Assembly (NCBI GenBank): GCA_051362555.1
Contig: CM120640.1
Location: 22,616,225-22,680,224 of the forward strand
Direction of reading: 5' to 3'
DNA length: 64,000 bases
From: Lingula anatina
Taxonomy: Eukaryota > Animalia > Brachiopoda
The position numbers were made by a program, and so were the translations under genes. Below, one piece after another: positions 56,459 to 64,000 of this stretch (positions are counted from its first letter, which is position 1; each line of letters begins with the position of its first letter). Under the pieces are notes generated by a model. That model saw only the letters and a list, made by a program, of their open reading frames with translations. It did no database searches and was not told the origin of the DNA.

Positions 56459-57676
56459 AGGACAAGGACAAGGACAACTCACAATGTAACCAAATTGTTT
56501 CCAAAAGAAACATTTTCACAAAGGTTTCTAATTACATGTGTCTCATGGACCTGCTACATCTTTTCTAAGTAGTAGAGTGACTTCCCCTCAAAGAACAAAA
56601 CAAGTTTTGGTGTTGTTGAGTACCCAATGAAGCACATTCAAAAGATCAACTTTTTGGTGCAGGAACATAACATATATATAACATCCCTTAAATATAAAAT
56701 CATTATTCAAACCTGTAAAAGTCCATATTTAATTTCAACTTCATATAACTTGTGATCCTTGATGGCAGGTGGAGGTGGTGTGGGCAGGTTCTCAGAGTTG
56801 CCTAATAAATTAGCCAAACTTGCAAAAACCCGCTCAGTTGCAAAGCATAAAGTTTCCCTAGAAACAAATAACTGATTTAGAAAAAGCACTGTCAAATTTT
56901 ATCTACTCAGGTGCTTATCTTTGAATACACATTACTATGAAACAACATTATTTTAATTTATGTAAAAAGTCTTATGGTAAAAAATGTTGTTATTTACCTA
57001 GATTCTTCTAAAGGCTGTATGACAGATAAAATCTTGGGATGTCTCAGCTTTGTCAACTGGGCAGATCCTTTTTTCAAAACCTCTATGATTTTTTCTTTAT
57101 CATTTCTTGAATAACGCTCCAGGGACTTTTTCTCAAAGATAAAAACAGAGGCTTCCTGAAGATGGAAAAATTTTGGTAATCTAAGAGCGCATTCCCAGAG
57201 ATTTAGATCGATCCAACTAGATCGACCTAACTCCCTGGGGGTTCACGCTAAATTGCTGTCAGCCGACCGCGCATGGAAGTTAATTACCCCCTGTACAGCT
57301 TTTAGTAGGCGGGACAGACATTAAAGCCGGCTTAGCTGACAGTAATCTAGTGAGACTCCCCACGGGGATAGATCGATCTAAAATCTGTGGGAATGGGATC
57401 TAAGAAAGCACCACACCACATCATTAAAATCTTAAATAGACATTTTCAGTAAAATTTTTTAAAATATAATCACCCACACACATATTAGACCTTAAGCTAA
57501 TAGAAAAATATGAGTTTTTTCACCTGTTTGGTTGTTTTCTTCACTGCATCATATATCTTCCATGACAACCCAGGTCCACCACTGGCTACATGAGGTCCAA
57601 GTTCAAAGTCTTTGGCTAAGATGTTAACTTGTAGGGCACTGCTGACTGTGCTCTTCAACTTGTCAAGCAAATCCAT
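50419..57676 (-). CDS. SCYL2: SCY1-like protein 2 (CVAK104) pseudokinase with HEAT repeats, 16 coding exons
   Basis: Exons (minus strand): 57676-57524, 57155-56998, 56857-56713, 56219-56070, 55697-55482, 55197-55081, 54863-54738, 54533-54357, 54098-53976, 53671-53558, 53334-53202, 52890-52772, 52641-52541, 52340-52265, 51739-51572, 51195-50419. Motifs: HVASGGPGL.WKIY, QLTKLRHP, FATERVFASLAN, EIKYGLLQL.EGL.FLH, HRNICP...WKIAGFD, YLAPEY, QRDNLQKS.FFKGLPK, LTIEEKQRLAREQE, and C-terminal DDLLG. Acceptor at about 57696 for an upstream UTR exon. Confidence 0.96.
53084..53133. repeat. (GA)n microsatellite in a SCYL2 intron
   Basis: Directly visible. Confidence 0.97.
56407..56459. repeat. (AAAT)n microsatellite in a SCYL2 intron
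   Basis: Directly visible. Confidence 0.95.
57185..57400 (-). mobile_element. Harbinger-like MITE, family A short form, in a SCYL2 intron
   Basis: c-TAA|gagcgcattccc...gggaatgggatc|TAA-g. The body matches the 22-27 kb copies. Confidence 0.9.
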
Positions 57677-58335
57677 TGTTAATTCTCTATTGTTCCTGAA
57701 AACAGACATTAATAAACAGCAAATAAGTCCATTCTCAGATGTTTAAATGATGTTAACCTACTGTTGAAAATTATCATGTACAGGCTCAGTGCAAATTGCA
57801 GGACAACTATATAGCTGACAAACTGGTTGTCATCATAGAAAGTGAACAGTGACCTGGTCATTGGCTACACAATTATGGCCCAGCCACATTCTGTATGGCT
57901 CTGGTAAGTCTAAAGTTCAATCAGAAAATCAAGAAATAGACATATAACTACAAGTACTAGTGCAAAGAGCACCTGTTCTGTTGTTTCACTTTTGAGAAAA
58001 GATATGATGTATCAACAAAGTTATTTTATGGCTGTAAGTATAATACTTTAAGAGGGAATATTTCAAAAACCAACAATAAAAAAATACAATGCCCAGAAAG
58101 CGCCATTCAATTACTGCATCCATAGTACTTCTATTCTACAGTGTGATTTTTAAATATTAGGCTTAGCAAATAAAAAAACATGTAAAACAACGATAGGTCT
58201 TAAGTTATGGGAAACCTTACAGCTTAGACAAGACAAACTTATTTTTAAAGGTTGGCGATTTTTAGCCATATTTTCTCTTTCATGTAATTTTAATAAACAA
58301 AATGAATGTCCCTGCCAGTAAAATTAACTAATGGT

Positions 58336-59076
58336 AGGTATATCACAATCCGCTAGGGGCGCTACAGTAGTAACTATCCAGGGGCAGTGAAGTGTAAAAC
58401 TGATATCGGCCTGCTGACAGCTCGCCTATGGCACCCCTTTTTTAAATCTCTCTTTTAGCGCCGAGTAAAAAAACCAATACAAGCCATTAACTAAATAAGC
58501 TGTAAATCAAAGAGTAAAATCTGGTCACATGATTTTCCCGTGTTGCAGTCTTTGAGAAGTTTCATTTCAGAGCGTTTGAAGTTTTGCCTCGACAAAATGC
58601 TCAAAAATGTCAGTTAAGTACTGGTTGAAATTTTTTGAAATTTATAATGAATAAAGTTTATGAAATTTGCAATATTATGTAGAAAAATCATGAAAATTAA
58701 ACCATGCGAAGTATAATTTATTTGATGCGCAATATTTATAGTACATGATCTGCACGGAAGCCATCCCAGCCATGTGCTCGTGGGTTTGTTTCCGGGTCAT
58801 TAGATTAACATACAGCCCTAATTGCCCTAATTGGTCACAAGCAATTTGAGCTGCAGCTACAGCTGAGTGATCACCGCTGGTCAGTAGTGACAGGTTTTTA
58901 GCTGAAGAGTGTGGACACTTTTGGTGAATTTTTGCAGTTAAAAAACTTCAATATCTTTGTTGCTTGTAGGAATATTAAAAAAATTCCAAATGATTTCATC
59001 CGGTTTTTGCATTGCCTTTCAATTAATATAAGTATTATAATTTTCTGATCAGTTTGAAAATTTTTCTGATATACCT
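58336..59076. mobile_element. 741-bp non-autonomous DNA transposon with short TIRs and up to 9-bp TSD (Mutator/MULE-like signature)
   Basis: ACTAATGGT|aggtatatca...tgatatacct|ACTAATGGT. No internal ORF of 60 aa or more. Confidence 0.75.
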
Positions 59077-59224
59077 ACTAATGGTGTCTTGAATATGATA
59101 CAACGTTTCATTTTCAGTTCCAGAACTTAAAGACACTTGATGCTTAAATATTTATGTATCATATATTAATATATCATATATGGAATATATCTATGTCTCT
59201 TAATGCTTTCGTGTGCACTGAAGT

Positions 59225-59975
59225 TACCTAAAAACTGCACCTAAGAACGCTTCGACATTTTAGCTGTCTCGTATCTGTTACCGGAAATAGTTGTACCAAG
59301 TAGAGTTACTAAGGTATTCAAAAATATTTTTACATTATCATTATTTGATCTGATAGCCATATATATGTTTTTAAGATAATTATATCTTATCATAAATATC
59401 TAGAAAGAAAACGATGTATTTTTACAATTGTGACCTTTGACCGAAATGTGAAAACTAATGCCTAATTTATCTGCCATTCGCACCTGTAGCAATGCCAGTG
59501 TAGCAATGCTAAGTACTATGCTCTGCAAGGGGCTCATTTGCAGAACTTTTGCATATGATGGCAATGCATACGAAACAAAATGATCACAGAAAAGGATGTT
59601 CATTACATTTCAAATTACGTGGTTATCTCAATCAGCATTTGTGTGTTCAATCCTAAATTTTCTTGCACAACCCAAAATATGTTGCATTGGAGGAAAATAA
59701 ATTAAATATGATCCAACAAGAAGTCGAAACAACAATTTGATCACTGAATTAAAATGCATTCGACATTGCACGAAATTTGTATAAACGAACAAGTGCAGCG
59801 AACCAGTTGGTTTCAGTATTTCGATGATAATAATCACACACAAGCAAAATGGAGCCCCTTAAAGAGCCTCAAGAAAAGGGAATTCCCCGTTTTCAAATCA
59901 ACTTCCTGCTTGCGAGTACAGTGTGGAGGTCAGCCGCACTGGAGACGAAACAAGGAAATAATCATGGTAACAGGT
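59225..59975. promoter_or_regulatory. Probable divergent promoter region for SCYL2 (-) and the next gene (+)
   Basis: CpG more frequent than in the neighbouring gene bodies. ETS-like CCGGAAAT at 59281 and ACTTCCTG at 59901. Candidate minus-strand donor at about 59227 and plus-strand donors at about 59974 and 60317. Confidence 0.4.
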
Positions 59976-60193
59976 GCGTAATGATTTCAGGCTATCAGGA
60001 TATTTTAAATACTTATACATCCTTGGTTTTAGTCACATATTGAATAGCATATCTATTATTAATTTTCCCCCGTAAAGCGTGCATAACTATTAATAAGGAC
60101 GTTCTCTCGTCTAAAATATACTAGTACGGTATTTTCCGTACATTAGTCGATCAAGGCAAAACTTCATAACATCCAGAAAAGCAGCTGGAGATT

Positions 60194-60316
60194 ATGATGC
60201 AGTTAGCAGACGGCGTCGATGTAACTGGGGAATTTGAGCAAAATATTAAACTACCTTTTACAATGAAGACTTGTTTAGTCATGAATAGTCCAGAAAAAGT
60301 TTTTTCTCAACCAACG
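60194..60316 (+). CDS. Candidate first coding exon of an unidentified gene divergent from SCYL2
   Basis: ATG followed by 41 open codons (MMQLADGVDVTGEFEQNIKLPFTMKTCLVMNSPEKVFSQPT), ending at a consensus donor ACG|GTAAGT. The downstream DNA is CpG-poor and intron-like. Confidence 0.45.
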
Positions 60317-60646
60317 GTAAGTGCCTATATATACTGGTAATTCAGTTGCAGCATCCGTACCGCATGCTATTGTAGATTTTTGGACTCACAAATATATGTA
60401 ACTTGGTTGTGCGAACTGAAGTACACTAAGTTTAAGGAAAATCGCACATTATGAACTGTAGTTACAGTAGATATATTACATGACTGAGTATAGTGATCAT
60501 TGCCAGATCAATAATGGGGAAAGGACTTAATCCCTTGGGAGACAAGGCAAAACTTTTCTGTCCCTTTGCCCGTCTCTCTCCTCCTTCCTGTGCAAGACTT
60601 GTGTCCAATAGGGATCATGCCATAAACTGATGATGGGAATCCACAG

Positions 60647-60647
<1 letters not shown>

Positions 60648-60701
<54 letters not shown>

Positions 60702-60712
60702 TGTGTGTGTGT
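60648..60712. repeat. (TG)n microsatellite
   Basis: Directly visible. Confidence 0.97.
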
Positions 60713-60875
60713 TTGGGGGGAAGGGGGGGCAGTGGGAATGTGGACACCCTCCCAATCATAGATTCACCTGTTATCAATATCATGGTGTTAATATGCTACA
60801 GTATAGATTTGATATGTCATTCTTAATCATTACAGGGGCAATATGTGAATTTTTAAAAAAGAGCGTTGTGCCCCC

Positions 60876-60907
<32 letters not shown>

Positions 60908-62986
60908 ACACACTTCAGCAAAATCCAGTGATTATGTGTGTGGTACTGACAGTGCATCTTTTTAATTCAATCCATACATTCAATACATATATGGCTAGAT
61001 AGATGATAATGCTGAAGCTATCATGCAGTTAATCAGTTAATCCTGAAAGAAAGAGCTAATATTGTCAGTGTCATTTTGCATTGATATTCACAATTGTTGT
61101 TACGCAAGCAACATTTCTCATTCTCAGTTCTGAAGATTTCATTAGCATAAGTTAATGTACATGTTACTGACTATTGTTACAAAGGCAAGAAAAAGGAAAT
61201 ACATAGATTGCACAGTACTGGTATCTTGCAATATCTAAATAGGGTTGTCTTTTTCACTGTAGAACTGTCAAGATTTATTTATTTCATGTGAAGTCATTGT
61301 TAAATTTGCCTAAATTTTGATGTTCTGAAATTGGCAGGGTTTGTAGATTTGTAGATCACTAAAGACTGAAGCAATTTTGATCCGATACTTGGGAAACTTC
61401 AACATGACTAATCTTGTTAGTTGTAAAAACACATGTATTGTAAAAAAAAAAGACCTTGTGGTATTTGAACATGTGGAATTCGGTCTGGGCTGTCAAACCA
61501 TGTACAGGTCATGTATGTACAGTAGAATTCTTGTGGATCTCTTTGTTATACTTGTGAAAATTAATCAGTCCCAGGAAATTTATGCATGCAGAATGATTTC
61601 TTTTATCTAATTCTGTAATACTATACTTTGAGATAGCCTATTAGTTTTGAATGATGGATCTAATGATATATGCCATTGGTAGCATCTTTTTCTTCCGGAC
61701 AGCATATGGTTTGTTATAATTCAGCATTTTCATATATGTTAATGGAAAGATAATCAAGTTTTTAGAGATTGTATTGTTGAAAAATTTTTTGAAATTAGTG
61801 GCAATTTTGTAAAACAAATTCAAAGTAGTGATCTCCACCCTTAAGAAAAAGAAATACTTCCTCTTGCTTTTTTAGAAAATTGACTGAAATACGCTTTCTT
61901 TTCAAAATGGTGGCTATTGAGTATGGATTGATAAAGTGAAGAGTTGAGGATGAGGACATTGCTCGGTATATAACCACTTGAAAGATAACAAAACCAATCA
62001 ATAGGGGGAATCAAGTAGGAAGTATATGGAAACAGACTGTTTGAGGTCGAAATTATAATGGTTCTTAGAGTGTATTGATATGATATTTTCCGCTGTAATT
62101 AATTTTTAGTTTGAAAATCTTGTTCCACCTCCTCTTCAGTATTTTTAAAATTGAAATAAAATAGACACAGATACTTAATTTGCAAATCAAATGAAGAAAA
62201 AGTTATGCTTTACACATGCACACTTGCACACAAACACTATTCTATGATAATGCATTTAAGTCAAATTCTGAATAAAAATTGCTTAATATTAATGGCTGAA
62301 ATGTGAGTTAGAGCACCTGTGGCATCTTTTGGCCTTATATGCACTTTATGAAAAATTCACCTATTATCTGTGCAATTTAAATGTAGTAGTATATAATTTA
62401 TACAACATTTCGTGAGTTGCTCAGAATAGGAGGATTTTATATCAGAACTTCCTGGTTGTGATATTGGTGCCTGCAATGGGAATCACCTTAGATAACCCAA
62501 AGTATCGCAACTTTGAATAAGACCAAGCGAGATTTCATGGGATTTGAAGGAGAGTGACATGGGGTCAGAAATAGTGGAAACAAGTAAAAGTTGACAGAAA
62601 TTATCTACAGATATTTATCTGGATTGTTTCTCATAAACCGTGCATATTTACACTGTTTATTACACAACAGTAAGAATTCACAATTTTGCATTGCTTTCTA
62701 CGATGAAATATCTGGCTCCTATAGTTTCACGTAAAAGTTAAAATCACTTCATGTAGAGTTTCTTACTTTTTGTTTCTCATATGATGTTGTGCATTGCCAA
62801 TGAGCTTTTTTAGTGTTTTCTTTTACAAAAAAAAAAAAAAAAGTAACATAAAATATTTGCTTAAGAGCATTACAATAGAAATGCTTTTTTAGGTGCAATT
62901 TGGAATGTTGTATGCACACATTTGTGGGTTCCAAGGTTGACAGGAATAGTTTGTTTGTGTTTTCCATTTTTAAAATCTTAAGAAAT

Positions 62987-63024
<38 letters not shown>

Positions 63025-64000
63025 GAATGTATCTTTTTTGTTTACTGTCTGTTTGTCTTTTATATGTTAGAAAAAGGGTTTTGCAATTTCTTAATGTTAT
63101 ATTTTGTCCATAGAAGTAAGAGCAAATAAAAGTATCATTTGAATTGATATATGTAACATTTCACCTGCTGCCACTATGTATTAATAATTTATTATTATTA
63201 TAATTCAGAACTGCTTAAATATTTTGCTGTTGCTATTGTTGTCATATCTAAAGTGTATATTCTTGCAGAAAATGGTAAGCAAATTATCTGAGATTCAATT
63301 ATCAGCAGCCCGAGTCTTAACATGCGCCAAATGCAATGTGCAGGAACAAGGAAGCAATAGTATAGTTCTGCCCAAAATAACTAGATCTGTTTTCAGTGGT
63401 ATGCAGGGCTTATATATGCTGTATCAGTAGATGTGCCTGTGAATAAAAAGGCAAGAGCAGTTTATTAGATTTGATGATTTAACTATTAATCAACATAAGT
63501 GAGAATAGTAAGTAACATAGATATGATGAAAATAAACAGTATCTGTCACATACACAAACATATAGACACATACACATTTCTAGAACCCTTGATTTGCATT
63601 AGGACCATAGATATGAAAATAAAAGTGAGAGACAGTAGGGTGTGTTACTAGTCACTGCATTTATTCTTGAGGATGTACATAATTTTATACATTTGGAGAT
63701 AGTTTGCCATACAATTGCACTATGGAGACTTTCACCTTGTGGAGAATTCTTTCTGGAATATAATTGCAAATTGATGTTTTTTGTCATGGACAGTACATAT
63801 ATTCTTAGCTGAGGAAGTAATAATCGTCTGTGTGTGTAGAACTGATACAAGTTTAATGGCATCATGCATGCCCATATGTGCCACAAGTTAATAATGCACA
63901 CAATGGCCATCAGTATATACATATTTATATATATATGGAGGATGTTGTTTTGTAAACATGGTTAAATGGTGACCAAGCAGCTAGGTTGACTTCATATGAT

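Overview
Eukaryotic, AT-rich, intron-containing animal DNA; it looks like a marine invertebrate, possibly lophotrochozoan/molluscan, but that is an inference. I reconstructed exons by hand from GT-AG junctions and protein motifs. In order, the genes are: the last two coding exons of an unidentified + strand gene (127-527), an intronless FAM124-family gene (-), an 11-exon KRR1 (+), a class A peptide-receptor-like GPCR with a single coding exon (-), a 14-exon glycogen synthase (+), a convergent SCYL2 pseudokinase with 16 coding exons (-), and a probable first exon of a divergent gene near 60.2 kb (+). The intergenic DNA carries many small non-autonomous DNA transposons. The most striking are palindromic PIF/Harbinger-like MITEs with 3-bp TSDs in a C-WWW-G context, which cluster at 22-27 kb and insert next to and inside each other. 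There are also TA-TSD, CAG-TSD, 9-bp-TSD and CAGTGGCGGAT-type elements, a 34-bp minisatellite with a higher-order period, and a near-perfect 150-bp palindrome upstream of KRR1. I found no prokaryotic-type system (CRISPR, operon, retron) and no autonomous transposase. The most novel leads are the self-targeting MITE group, a glyoxalase/VOC-like signature in FAM124, and a GPCR with altered activation motifs.
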